DNA of 64,000 bases, taken from the NCBI GenBank assembly GCA_963787125.1, contig CAWBBV010000001.1:352001-416000 (forward strand). Reading direction: 5' to 3'. Source of the stretch: an uncultured delta proteobacterium. Its GTDB lineage: Bacteria > Desulfobacterota > Desulfuromonadia > Geobacterales > DSM-12255. The notes beneath the pieces were generated by a model that was given only the letters and a program-made list of their open reading frames with translations, was not told where the DNA came from and did no database searches. Both the position numbers and the translations under genes were made by a program. Shown piece by piece: positions 19,665-29,142 of this stretch (position 1 is its first letter; each line of letters starts with the position of its first letter).

Positions 19665-19819
19665 ATTTGAACCATGCGGGGCGGTTTCCGCTTTAACGCT
19701 ACGTTTTGACCGCACAAATAATGCAACTTCCTGCCGAAGGTCACCGTTTAAAATGGTTCCAACGTGTAGTCGGCGGAGAACTCCGCTGTTACGCTGCAAC
19801 CGCCCCACATGGTTCAAAT
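19665..19819. repeat. 155-bp intergenic element with 22-bp terminal inverted repeats
   Basis: ATTTGAACCATGCGGGGCGGTT (19665-19686) vs AACCGCCCCACATGGTTCAAAT (19798-19819): 21/22 complementary. Confidence 0.75.
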
Positions 19820-19829
19820 GCATGTAGTT

Positions 19830-20273
19830 TTATTTTATTGACTGCCCAAAAGTCGCCATTATTCCTTCTATTAACTTCTTTTTCTCGTCAGCAGTGAGTT
19901 TTGCCTCTGGATGAGCAATAGCATATCTTAGCGGTGGCATCTCACCCTTGGTTATCTCCTGGGCAACGGCGGTAGGGTCTTCTCCAGCCCTTTTACCCCC
20001 CTGCCACGCTGAAAAGTTCAGTTTCTTTCTCGCGGCGATCACATCGTAGTAGACAAGCCATGAAGCCGGCGCAATGGCCGTATAGAACGGCCAGACGGTT
20101 TCATGACTATGGCAGTTGAAGCAGGCCTTTTTGGCAAGGCCACGCACTTCAGGGCTGCTCCATACCGGCTCGCTGATGATTGGCGGGTTTTTATGATCTC
20201 TGCCGTAAGGGACAAGCTGGATTAACAGCAAGGTGACTGTTCCAGCCAATACGGTCTTGGCAACAAGGTTCAT
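19830..20273 (-). CDS. Monoheme c-type heme-binding domain protein
   Basis: ACFNCHS (CxxCH), WP.Y..IAPASW, LNFS.W, EMPP..Y. Confidence 0.85.
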   Translation of the reverse strand: MNLVAKTVLAGTVTLLLIQLVPYGRDHKNPPIISEPVWSSPEVRGLAKKACFNCHSHETVWPFYTAIAPASWLVYYDVIAARKKLNFSAWQGGKRAGEDPTAVAQEITKGEMPPLRYAIAHPEAKLTADEKKKLIEGIMATFGQSIK

Positions 20274-20291
20274 ATCAAATCGTCTCCTTTT

Positions 20292-20594
20292 TCAGCTGTC
20301 TTTACAGGTAAAGCGCCGGCAAATGTCCGGCCTGCTATTGTAGATGCTACAGCGGTTATTTGTCAGGAATTCGCAGCCGTTCTCGATGAGGAGAAAATGA
20401 TCTCCATTAAGCAGAAAATATAGCCGGGTCGCACCTAGTCGTTCAAGTTCGGCATACTCCTCATAAGTTAACCTTACGCTTGGAAACCCCCTGCAGCAGG
20501 CAGCATCGCAACCATTGCAATGATTACTGCCGTCCATAGCCTTAGCCAACAGTATACCATGTTTTTTCAGCAGTTTCTTTCCGAACAGATCCAT
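20292..20594 (-). CDS. YkgJ-family cysteine-cluster protein
   Basis: CNGC.AACC, CEFL..NRCSIY..RP.ICR.F.C. Confidence 0.85.
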   Translation of the reverse strand: MDLFGKKLLKKHGILLAKAMDGSNHCNGCDAACCRGFPSVRLTYEEYAELERLGATRLYFLLNGDHFLLIENGCEFLTNNRCSIYNSRPDICRRFTCKDS

Positions 20595-20851
20595 GGCTGA
20601 ACCTCCTCCTTTCGGCAGTTAACCGGCGCACATCTTTACTTTTCCAATGCGTTCACGGCTCAAACGTAACATCAGAAATCCTGATTTCCCGGAATTCTTG
20701 ATGTTACCAATTCATAAATCAGCCGGAGTGTTGTCCCGGGATAGACAGTTTCTGTATCGTTTAGTTCCTTGCACAAGTGCGTCAAGCTGCTTCAAATGTT
20801 GACGAAGAGAAATAAAAAATCGCACTGGGCGAACGCGGCTGCGAGATGAGA

Positions 20852-20878
20852 AGGGCCCGGAACATCGCTCCGGGCCCT
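20852..20878 (-). terminator. Hairpin downstream of 20926 lipoprotein gene
   Basis: AGGGCCCGGA-ACATCGC-TCCGGGCCCT. Confidence 0.6.
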
Positions 20879-20925
20879 CCATCCTGTTATTTCAGTTGAG
20901 ACTAAACGATCAAGGCTCCTCCAGT

Positions 20926-23151
20926 TTAGGGAGAATCATCGAGATAAACATAGCCACCATGGCCGCTTTGAGTGCAGTCGGCGCCGGTAACACTAATCAT
21001 GACCTGATTCCCCTTGGAATTACTGACATCGAGCGAAACCGTCTGCCATGGAATCAAACTCCATCCGGAGATGGGCGATGTGATCCAGCCGCTGTAGGTT
21101 GGGTCACCGTTAGCAAAACGTTTGTAGTAAAGAATCTTGTTGGCGGTAATATCTTTGACCAGAACCTGAACATATGGCTGCTCAGGAATCGAATGCCCCG
21201 CGTCTTGAAGGACTGCTGCCCAGGCAAACTTGAGAGTTGGCAGGGCAATTGTCGGAATGGTAGCAGTCTGGGTGGCGGTGCTAACATGATCGTTGTTGTC
21301 ATAATTATTGATCCTCAGCGAGTAGTTGCCATTGTTTACCAGCGGGAACAAGTTCCCGACATAAGAGTCCGTATCGGTACGTTGAACAACGGCACTCTTG
21401 GCCGGAGTGTAGGCGGTGCCGTTGAAGGCAGTCAGCATTCCCCAAAGCGGATCGTAGTCTGGGTTGACCGTGCCGTTGGCGTCATAGCAATGGCCTTTGC
21501 CGTCAGAAGGCGCGTTGCCGGGACACCCGGAGGTTCCTGGGCTCGTCCAGGGACTGGCCAGTGTTGTGGAAATTCTAGCAAAAGGGCTTTTGGTGGTATC
21601 GTTAGTAAGCGTTGAGGCAGTTGGAACTATTTGAGAATCAAGGCGGGTCTCAACCAGCCAGCTGGTCATGTCGGCGCTTTCAAAACCGAGATTGCCGAAG
21701 GAGGTGATCGTTGTTCCGGTGAAGTTCAAGGTTATCTGGCGATAAGCCACGACCGACCACGGGTTGGCAGTATTCGAGAGCCCGTAGATGGTCACTGTGC
21801 TGGGATTAGTCAGCGTTGATCCTTGCAGCGTGAAATTGAAACTGGCTGCGCTCCCCAGCGAAACAGCTGTGCCGCCATTAAGGGAATAATACATTTCCTT
21901 CATTGCCGTGGTGCCGGAAATAGTTCCCGTAACCGCCACGTTCGGCAAGGCAGTTGAAGCCACTGTTATACTGGCTACATCTGCAGAATTTACTGTCGGT
22001 GCGGACAGAGAAATAGTCCCCAATGGGGTCTCTGCTGCCTGAAAGGCGGCTTCGAACTGTTTGTAACTGCCGATATTGGACGGTGAGCTGAAGACGTATT
22101 TGGTGAAGGTCTGGCTGAAGGCGCCGGCTTTTGAGTAGCCGTTGAAGCCGTTGGTGAGACTGAAGTTGATTGTTACCGCTTCATTGGGGAAGTTGGGGTC
22201 ATAAAGGTAGAATGTGCCCCCATCAGCACTGGTGGGTACAAATTTATAAGCCATGGTGACGTGAGCTAAGTCTGCTTTGTTGTTGGCATCAAAGGACTTA
22301 AGGATGAAAATCTGTGGTGTATTGGTAAGTTTCATGTTCTGCAACATCAGCAGACCGACCTGTTTATTGGTGAGCTTGTTCGAGGTTGAGTTCCAGAAGC
22401 TTTGCCAGATGCTAGATGTCGAAGACTGGATGCTGGCGATCAGGGCTTTTTCGACGGTAGTTGTATATTTGCTGTACAGTTGTGGCAGTCCTTTCAGGAT
22501 CTTCTTGTAACTGTAATACCAGGCGGCATAATTGGCCATAGCCAAGCCACTGCCGTCAGGAGCGACAAAGTTACCGAAGTTTGCTACATCAAAACCGTCC
22601 TTATTGGGAACAAAGCCTGAATTAACTGCAAAAGCTGACAAGTCCGGCGAGGCTGCGTTCATGCCGGAGTGTCTTGCAGTGGCATAGATTGAGAAATGAA
22701 CTGTGGAAAATGTGACGGTATTGGTTCCGATTTCCAGAATGTCCACCGGAACGTAGGCACTGTTTGCTGAGTCGTAGTAGACGACCGAGGGCAGGGTGGT
22801 GCTGGCCGGATCGTACGGTACAGTCACCACAACCGGCTGCAGGAAGTCGTCCGTATAGTCGGAAGTGATCACAAACACGTCACCGACAGTTCCACCGCCA
22901 GTCGTAATTGGGTTGCCGGCTGGAAGCGGAGCAATATTTTTTGTAACCGTGAATTTAGGCTGTACCTTTGCGGCGTCATACGCCCCTGTCGGGATGGCAA
23001 GGTTGACGCTGGTCGCGGAATCACTAGCAGTGTAAGCCGCGGTGCCGGTGCCGGTGGGGGTGTTCGTGTTGTTCGTGCTGTGCTCGGACGAACAACCAAA
23101 CAGCGAAATCATAACGGAGCAGATAGCTAAGTACTTGACCACTTTTTTCAT
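20926..23151 (-). CDS. Large multidomain lipoprotein (beta-sandwich domains plus papain-like pseudo-protease region)
   Basis: ATG 23151 after GGAGG; LFGC lipobox; T/S-rich; HFS.Y motif; DGFD.ANFG...H...AY...YDPNFP; C-terminal DC...GHGGYVYLD. Confidence 0.75.
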   Translation of the reverse strand: MKKVVKYLAICSVMISLFGCSSEHSTNNTNTPTGTGTAAYTASDSATSVNLAIPTGAYDAAKVQPKFTVTKNIAPLPAGNPITTGGGTVGDVFVITSDYTDDFLQPVVVTVPYDPASTTLPSVVYYDSANSAYVPVDILEIGTNTVTFSTVHFSIYATARHSGMNAASPDLSAFAVNSGFVPNKDGFDVANFGNFVAPDGSGLAMANYAAWYYSYKKILKGLPQLYSKYTTTVEKALIASIQSSTSSIWQSFWNSTSNKLTNKQVGLLMLQNMKLTNTPQIFILKSFDANNKADLAHVTMAYKFVPTSADGGTFYLYDPNFPNEAVTINFSLTNGFNGYSKAGAFSQTFTKYVFSSPSNIGSYKQFEAAFQAAETPLGTISLSAPTVNSADVASITVASTALPNVAVTGTISGTTAMKEMYYSLNGGTAVSLGSAASFNFTLQGSTLTNPSTVTIYGLSNTANPWSVVAYRQITLNFTGTTITSFGNLGFESADMTSWLVETRLDSQIVPTASTLTNDTTKSPFARISTTLASPWTSPGTSGCPGNAPSDGKGHCYDANGTVNPDYDPLWGMLTAFNGTAYTPAKSAVVQRTDTDSYVGNLFPLVNNGNYSLRINNYDNNDHVSTATQTATIPTIALPTLKFAWAAVLQDAGHSIPEQPYVQVLVKDITANKILYYKRFANGDPTYSGWITSPISGWSLIPWQTVSLDVSNSKGNQVMISVTGADCTQSGHGGYVYLDDSP

Positions 23152-23535
23152 AGGATCCTCCTTTACTGCAGCATGTTTGTACAATTTAATTATACAGCAC
23201 TATATCATGATAATTTTCCAGCGCAAGTGGCTACTATCGAATCTTTATAAAACCATATGCCCGAGTAGTGCTAATTAATAAGTATCAATTATTTCTGTAA
23301 TCCTTTGTTTCTAATTCATTAGAAAATATCTACTCTTGTCTAATTCGTTAATAATTAGCTTATCAGTTAACTACATATATTCATTTTGTTTTATTTTTTT
23401 AAGTATATATTGCGACATTGGAAACAGTATTTCAGAATTATTCATTGACAGAAAATTTAGCCAGGCGTATTTATAAATACTAATCTGTATTCTTCTGAAG
23501 CATGCGGTTTTACCTTAATGAAAGGAGGATAATTT

Positions 23536-26137
23536 ATGAATCGAAAAATCAGGCGAAGTTTATTGGTTCTGGCAGCGTCTTCACTCATTGCAGCGTGCGG
23601 TGGTGGCGGTGGTGGCGGTGGAGGGGGCGGCAGTTCGGCACCGACAACCTCGTCGGCGCTAGTCAGCGGGAGCGTTGTTGCCTCATCTGCTTCAGGCGCT
23701 GCGGCTAAAGCAGCATTAATTACTGACCAAAGCGTAGCTGTCAGCATTGTTTCTTACGACAAGGCTAATGCCAAACTAGGCGATGCAGCAGTCAGCTCTG
23801 ATGCAGCCGGTGGTTTTGCCGCACAGCTCAATCTTTCGACTGGCGGCGGCTATGTGATTGTGACCGCTACAAAAGATGGCTATACCCAGTTTCAGAAGAG
23901 GATTGACTACGCTACACCGGGCAAACTTGAGCTTCAGGCCGCACTCCAGCAGGTTAATGTCGCTTTTGCTGCCCCTGGCTCTGCCCTTGCATCAGGCATC
24001 GGCAAATCTTCCGAGCCGTCCTTCAGCTTTGCTTTGGTTAGCTTTCCTGATGGAACAAAGAAAGCGCTTGCCGGAACGGCTATAAAAGCCGCCAAAGCAG
24101 CTGGCGCAACGGTCGAAACATCAATAAATATTCCTTCAGCTTCTGTCCCTGGAGTGACAAAACTGAAGGGCGAACTTAACGCTTATGATCCATCAACCCA
24201 GTCAGACCGGTTCCCGGGGTCATATACCGGCACTGACAAGAACGGCAAAGACGGCAAGATGGTTTCACTTGCCTTCGATTTCGTCAAGATCAGTGATGCA
24301 GATACCGGGAAATCCCTCGGCAAAGTTGCGGCTGACCTTGTAAAAGCAGGAGTGCAAAAAAGCAGCGGCTGCAACTACAACTGTTACCCGCCACATTTAC
24401 ACTAACAGCTGCAGTAACCTTTTCCTCGAAGACTACAACAAGACTACTGCCGGGCATCAGGTGCCCGTATGGTCTTTAAATCCTTCTACGGGCAAATGGA
24501 TTTTCCTCGGTGAAGGAACTGTTGTTGACAGTACCGGTACAGATATTAGCGGACCAACGGAGACTGGCTGCGGTGGAGGGAACTACTATCTAAAGATTTT
24601 CGTGGTTAACACCGACTTTACCAATAGCTGGTGGAACCTCGACCATATCGTCTTCGCCACCCCCAAGGAAGTTTGCCTGAGCGGGAAATTCCTTTTCTCT
24701 GACAGCACCCCGGTAGCCAATCAGAGTGTTTCGCTCTATGGTTCGATAATCGACTCAAAGTGGGGCTATACCGCTGCAGATGGGACATTCTCCCTGAGTA
24801 CCGTCCTGCTCAACAGTGCCACAACCTCAAGAGCAGCCACGCTCTCCTATTATAACGAGAACGGCGGCTACACCTCGGCGAACGTAACTTTGGGCGACTC
24901 ACCAAACTGCGGCGCCTACAATGTAACCCTTCCCAAGCCGTGCGATGTCAGCGGCAAACTGACCGGCGACGGCTCTGCCTACCGTTATCTGCGCCTGGCT
25001 GGCATTGATTTCTATCGTTCCATGTCTACGGATGCCTCTGGTAACTACTCCAGCAAGGTCAAATGCGGCACAGACATCAGCCTCTTCATTGGGAGCCTCA
25101 GCAGTTCCTCAGCCAGCTTCAACGTCAACGGTACAGTCGCCGGCGGCGAGAGCAGTGATGACGGCAACAAAGCTGTCCTTGCTGACTTAGCTATCCCGAA
25201 CGTCCCACCTTCCGGCTATTTCTGGCTCTCCAACAGTTCAGTCAAGATTAACAAGACGGTGACGGCCTACATTTCAGGCTATGACGAGGACAGCAACTAC
25301 CCGATTACCTGGGTTTTTAATGTCAAAAATGGCACCGCAGTAGCCTTCACCAGCACAGGATCATTCACAGCATCATCGACTTCTACCTCCAAAGATTTCT
25401 CCATAGCAACCGCTGGTGATTACACTACCGAGCTTGTCCTGACAGACAGCAAGGGCGCCAGCAGAACTATTGCCGGCACGAACATGAGCGTCGCCGCAAC
25501 AAATCGGCCGCCAACAGTCTATGCATATGCTGATAAGAGCTATGTGAACAGCTGCGGCAGCAGCAGTGCGATTAACCTTTATGGCAGTGGTTATGGCCCG
25601 GACAGCACAACAATGACGGGCGCCTGGACATCGGCTGGCACAGCGGTAACCGGATGCAACGGCGGGACCGGCACAACCTCGATCTCAGCCACCTGCGCTA
25701 CTACAGTACCTGCGGGTTCAGGCTCAACCTATACCTATACCTACACGGTCACTGACAACAACGGCATGAGCGGCAAACAGAACATAATGGTAAGCACCTA
25801 CGCTTCAGCGCCATGGATATCAGCACTGACAGCAACTCCAGCGCTTGTTCCGGTCGGGGCCGCTTCACGTGATGTGGCTTTATCGGCGACTGCCAGCAAT
25901 GGCGACAATGCAAGCATGACAGGGTCTTGGAAGGTAAACGGCACTGCTCTAACAGCTTGTGATGGGACTGTTGCAAGTGGTTCTAATTCAAAATGCACAT
26001 ACACAATCCCGTCAACTGCAGCGGCTGGCGACGTATTCACCTTTACCTTTACCGCCACCGCTTGCGGAAAATCTGTTTCACAGGATGTCAAAGCAAGTTA
26101 CGGTAATGCCAGCGATGTAACAGTAGTTATCCAGTAA
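23536..26137 (+). pseudogene. Frameshifted large Ig/PKD-like lipoprotein (~866 aa if repaired; ORFs 23536-24405 and 24461-26137)
   Basis: IAAC lipobox and poly-Gly; removing one A from the A6 run at 24356-24361 gives a continuous frame ...GVQKAAAATTTVTRHIY...HQVPVWSLNP. Confidence 0.75.
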
Positions 26138-26150
26138 CGGCCGGAGCAGT

Positions 26151-26174
26151 CGGGCGGAGATAATTCTTCGCCCG
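26151..26174 (+). terminator. Intergenic hairpin
   Basis: CGGGCGGAGA-TAAT-TCTTCGCCCG; no clear U-tract. Confidence 0.45.
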
Positions 26175-26204
26175 GGAAATTCATACTAATAAGGAGGATA
26201 CTCC

Positions 26205-27770
26205 ATGACAAGAAGACGCTATGTCATATTACTGGCCGTTGCAATGATGGCGGCTGGCGCATCACTTACGGGATGCGGCTCAAGCGGCAGCTCAAATTCA
26301 ATAAACTCGACAAACGCTGCCAAGGCGGATGTAACCATTGCCGCCAAGTTCCCGACAGCGGATGGCGCGGTGAAAAGTCTGCTCCCTGCCGGAACGGTGG
26401 CAATTGAGGTGTACTCTAGTACACTACCTGCTGTTCAGGGGCAATCCCAGACCCCGACACTCATAGCAACCCTCACTCCCGCGGCTCCTACAAAATCGAT
26501 CAAAATGGGGCCGGGTCAGTATACGATTTCGGCAATGGCGTATGATTCTACCGATGCAACTACCCGGAAAGTTCTGGGAAGCACATCGACAGCCGGGGAA
26601 ATTGTGGCCAATGCCGCTAATACGATCAACCTTACCTTCCTGAACGGGCAGTGGACACTCTCGGCGCCACTTGTTTTGAGTGATGGCAGTCAGTTGAATG
26701 ATTTCGTGGTCAGCGATCAACGATACTACGGCACGGGAAAAGCAGCTTTCGATTATTCCAAACCTATTGGTGGTGGCAGTGGTGGCGGCGTCAAATACCG
26801 CTTTAGTAACAATACCAGCGCACGGACCTATGGGAACATGCTGACCCAGTTTGTCGGCACATCGAACAGCATTGCTCTGTTTAGTGACGCTTACAACCTT
26901 ACCCAGAAGTGTCAGGACTACTCCGGGCAAGGGCTGTGCACTCCGAAGTCCGGCGATAAACTGTTCCTGCTCGAAGGCACCCCGGCGGGCGGTTTGCCGC
27001 CTGACAGTATGGGGAGTGGTGGCTACGATCAGGGCGACATCCTTTATGGTGATGCTTATTCGCTCCTTCCCAACAAGGGTCAAACCGTATTCTCGCAACC
27101 AATAATGACTAATACCGCTGCTGCCACCAGTGACGGCAAGACAATCAGCGGCAACTTTATCGAGTTTGCTCTGACGGCCACTCCTGCCAAGGCTTACAAA
27201 ACCGGCTCTTCGCCCAAGATTGCTGCTGCCAAGGCAGTTAAATCGCAGTCGGCCAATACTGCCTATTCCGGTCTGGTGGTAACGGACTACAGTTATTACG
27301 TCTGTGCAACGACAGCCACACCCAACAAGGGTGGCTGGTATTTCTATACTCAACCTCAGATTATCGGCACGGCTACCTGCTACGATTACGGGAACCTCCA
27401 GCCAACCATGATTAATAACCAGCCAACTTATAATGCCGGTGATTTCTCTTATGGACTCGTGCCGGATACGACTGATCTGGGCGATTACTGTCAAGTCTGG
27501 GATTACAATATGTATCTGCCCTACGATCCGGCGACCAATCCTAACGGTACGGCACTCAACCCGAATTACAACACCTGTAAGCAGCAAAAACCATCCACAG
27601 GAGATGTCTATTATCCGTATAACTTCAAGGCCAAGAAAACTGCTACCAAGACAACGATCAGCTTCGGTTCTTTCAAGTTCAAAGCGTGGATAGAAGAGAC
27701 GACTACAGGCAACGCCTACGTCTACCCCTTCACCGCAACAGGCTCGACGACCATAACGCCTGCCAAGTAG
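26205..27770 (+). CDS. Hypothetical lipoprotein, S/T/G/Y-rich
   Basis: LTGC lipobox, strong AAGGAGG RBS, 521 aa. Confidence 0.8.
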   Translation: MTRRRYVILLAVAMMAAGASLTGCGSSGSSNSINSTNAAKADVTIAAKFPTADGAVKSLLPAGTVAIEVYSSTLPAVQGQSQTPTLIATLTPAAPTKSIKMGPGQYTISAMAYDSTDATTRKVLGSTSTAGEIVANAANTINLTFLNGQWTLSAPLVLSDGSQLNDFVVSDQRYYGTGKAAFDYSKPIGGGSGGGVKYRFSNNTSARTYGNMLTQFVGTSNSIALFSDAYNLTQKCQDYSGQGLCTPKSGDKLFLLEGTPAGGLPPDSMGSGGYDQGDILYGDAYSLLPNKGQTVFSQPIMTNTAAATSDGKTISGNFIEFALTATPAKAYKTGSSPKIAAAKAVKSQSANTAYSGLVVTDYSYYVCATTATPNKGGWYFYTQPQIIGTATCYDYGNLQPTMINNQPTYNAGDFSYGLVPDTTDLGDYCQVWDYNMYLPYDPATNPNGTALNPNYNTCKQQKPSTGDVYYPYNFKAKKTATKTTISFGSFKFKAWIEETTTGNAYVYPFTATGSTTITPAK

Positions 27771-27788
27771 ATAGTGCAAATCTGAATA

Positions 27789-27831
27789 AAAAACAAAGAG
27801 GGGTGGCAATCTGCCGCCCCTCTTTGTTTTT
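27789..27831 (+). terminator. Intrinsic terminator
   Basis: AAAAACAAAGAGGGGTGGCA-ATC-TGCCGCCCCTCTTTGTTTTT. Confidence 0.85.
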
Positions 27832-27842
27832 CGGGAGAGAGC

Positions 27843-29081
27843 TTGGATAAATTGCTGGCAGCGCAAAGAAAGTCCGCAGAGCTATACAATGCCGGTCGCT
27901 ATGGTGAGGCGTTGGCCATTATTGATGTAGCTCTGAAAAAATGGAAAGGCGTGCCCCAGCTCTGGAACAATCGCGGCACTGTTATGCTGGCAATGGGCCG
28001 ATTTGCAGATGCCGCACACTCCTACCGTAAAGCGTTGGTAATCGCCCCGGATTTTCATGAAAGCAGGGTGCCGCTCTCCACCTGCCTGCAGGCACTGGGG
28101 CAGCATGATGCCGCAATAGAATGCTGCGAAATGACACTCCAGCAGCAACCCGGCAACCCTCAAGCGCACTGGAATCTCTCCATGCTGCTCCTCTTAACCG
28201 GAGCTTACCGGCGCGGCTGGCATGAGTATGAATGGCGCTGGGAAACTGGCCGTTTTCCGTTCATCAAAAAGGAATATCAGGCGCCCCGATGGCAGGGTGA
28301 AGATCTGACCGGCAAGAGACTGTTGATTCATGCCGAGCAGGGGTTTGGTGATTCAATCCAGTTTTGCCGTTATCTATCGCTACTTGCCGGAAATGCCGGG
28401 GAAATTATCTTTTCGTGTGACCGCTCCCTGCACAATCTCTTTTCCACAGCTTTTGCCCATATCAAACTTGTTACCTGCCATGAATTGCTGGAAAGCTACG
28501 ACTTTCATGTCCCGCTCCTGTCGTTGCCGCTCATTTTCGGCACCACCCTTGACAATATCCCTTCACCGGAAGCTTATTTATTTCCAGACCCAGTCCTACA
28601 GGCTAAATGGCGAAAATTGCTGGAGTCTGATGAAATGGGTGTAAAAGCTGGATTGTGCTGGCACGGCAGACCTAAACCTGATCCACTGAGAAGTTGCCCG
28701 GCAAAAGAATTAAATCTTATCTCCGGGGCAGAAAATGTTTCCTGCTACTCTCTTCAGCTTGGTGAAGTTCCGGCAAGACCATACCCCCGGTTAATTGACC
28801 TGACCGCTCAGATAACTGATTTTGCCGATACGGCAGCTTTTATTGCCGAGCTTGAGCTTGTCATTACAATTGACACCGCGGTAGCCCACCTTGCCGGCGC
28901 GCTCGGCAAAACCTGCTGGCTGCTGCTGCCGTTCGTCCCTGACTGGCGCTGGGGGCTACAGAGCGAAATGTCGCCCTGGTATAACTCGATACAACTTTTC
29001 AGGCAGCAGAAACCCGGTGACTGGCGGGGAGTTATGGCATCAGTAAACGCTGCCCTTAACGAGTTGATTCGCGCAATCTAA
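27843..29081 (+). CDS. TPR + glycosyltransferase family 9-like protein
   Basis: TPRs; GW.EYEWRW, EQGFGDSIQFCRY, DTAVAHLAGALG, DWRW. Confidence 0.85.
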   Translation: MDKLLAAQRKSAELYNAGRYGEALAIIDVALKKWKGVPQLWNNRGTVMLAMGRFADAAHSYRKALVIAPDFHESRVPLSTCLQALGQHDAAIECCEMTLQQQPGNPQAHWNLSMLLLLTGAYRRGWHEYEWRWETGRFPFIKKEYQAPRWQGEDLTGKRLLIHAEQGFGDSIQFCRYLSLLAGNAGEIIFSCDRSLHNLFSTAFAHIKLVTCHELLESYDFHVPLLSLPLIFGTTLDNIPSPEAYLFPDPVLQAKWRKLLESDEMGVKAGLCWHGRPKPDPLRSCPAKELNLISGAENVSCYSLQLGEVPARPYPRLIDLTAQITDFADTAAFIAELELVITIDTAVAHLAGALGKTCWLLLPFVPDWRWGLQSEMSPWYNSIQLFRQQKPGDWRGVMASVNAALNELIRAI

Positions 29082-29142
29082 CGCCCCACTGCTTTTTAAT
29101 TTTGTGCTATAACTCTCTCAATTCAAGCCAACCGAGGAGTCC

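Noticed and set aside
19665..19819. Integron attC site or 6S RNA
   Set aside because: No integrase or cassette array and the R-box pattern is unconvincing; no diagnostic 6S features identified.
20756..20910. 10-bp inverted repeat ATCGTTTAGT/ACTAAACGAT
   Set aside because: Too short and too far apart to distinguish from chance.
23599..23631. GGT/GGC run as a contingency repeat
   Set aside because: Ordinary poly-Gly linker after a lipobox, with mixed codons.
26424..27866. 480-aa minus-strand ORF
   Set aside because: Antisense shadow of the lipoprotein gene 26205-27770, which has an RBS, lipobox and terminator; no recognisable motifs.
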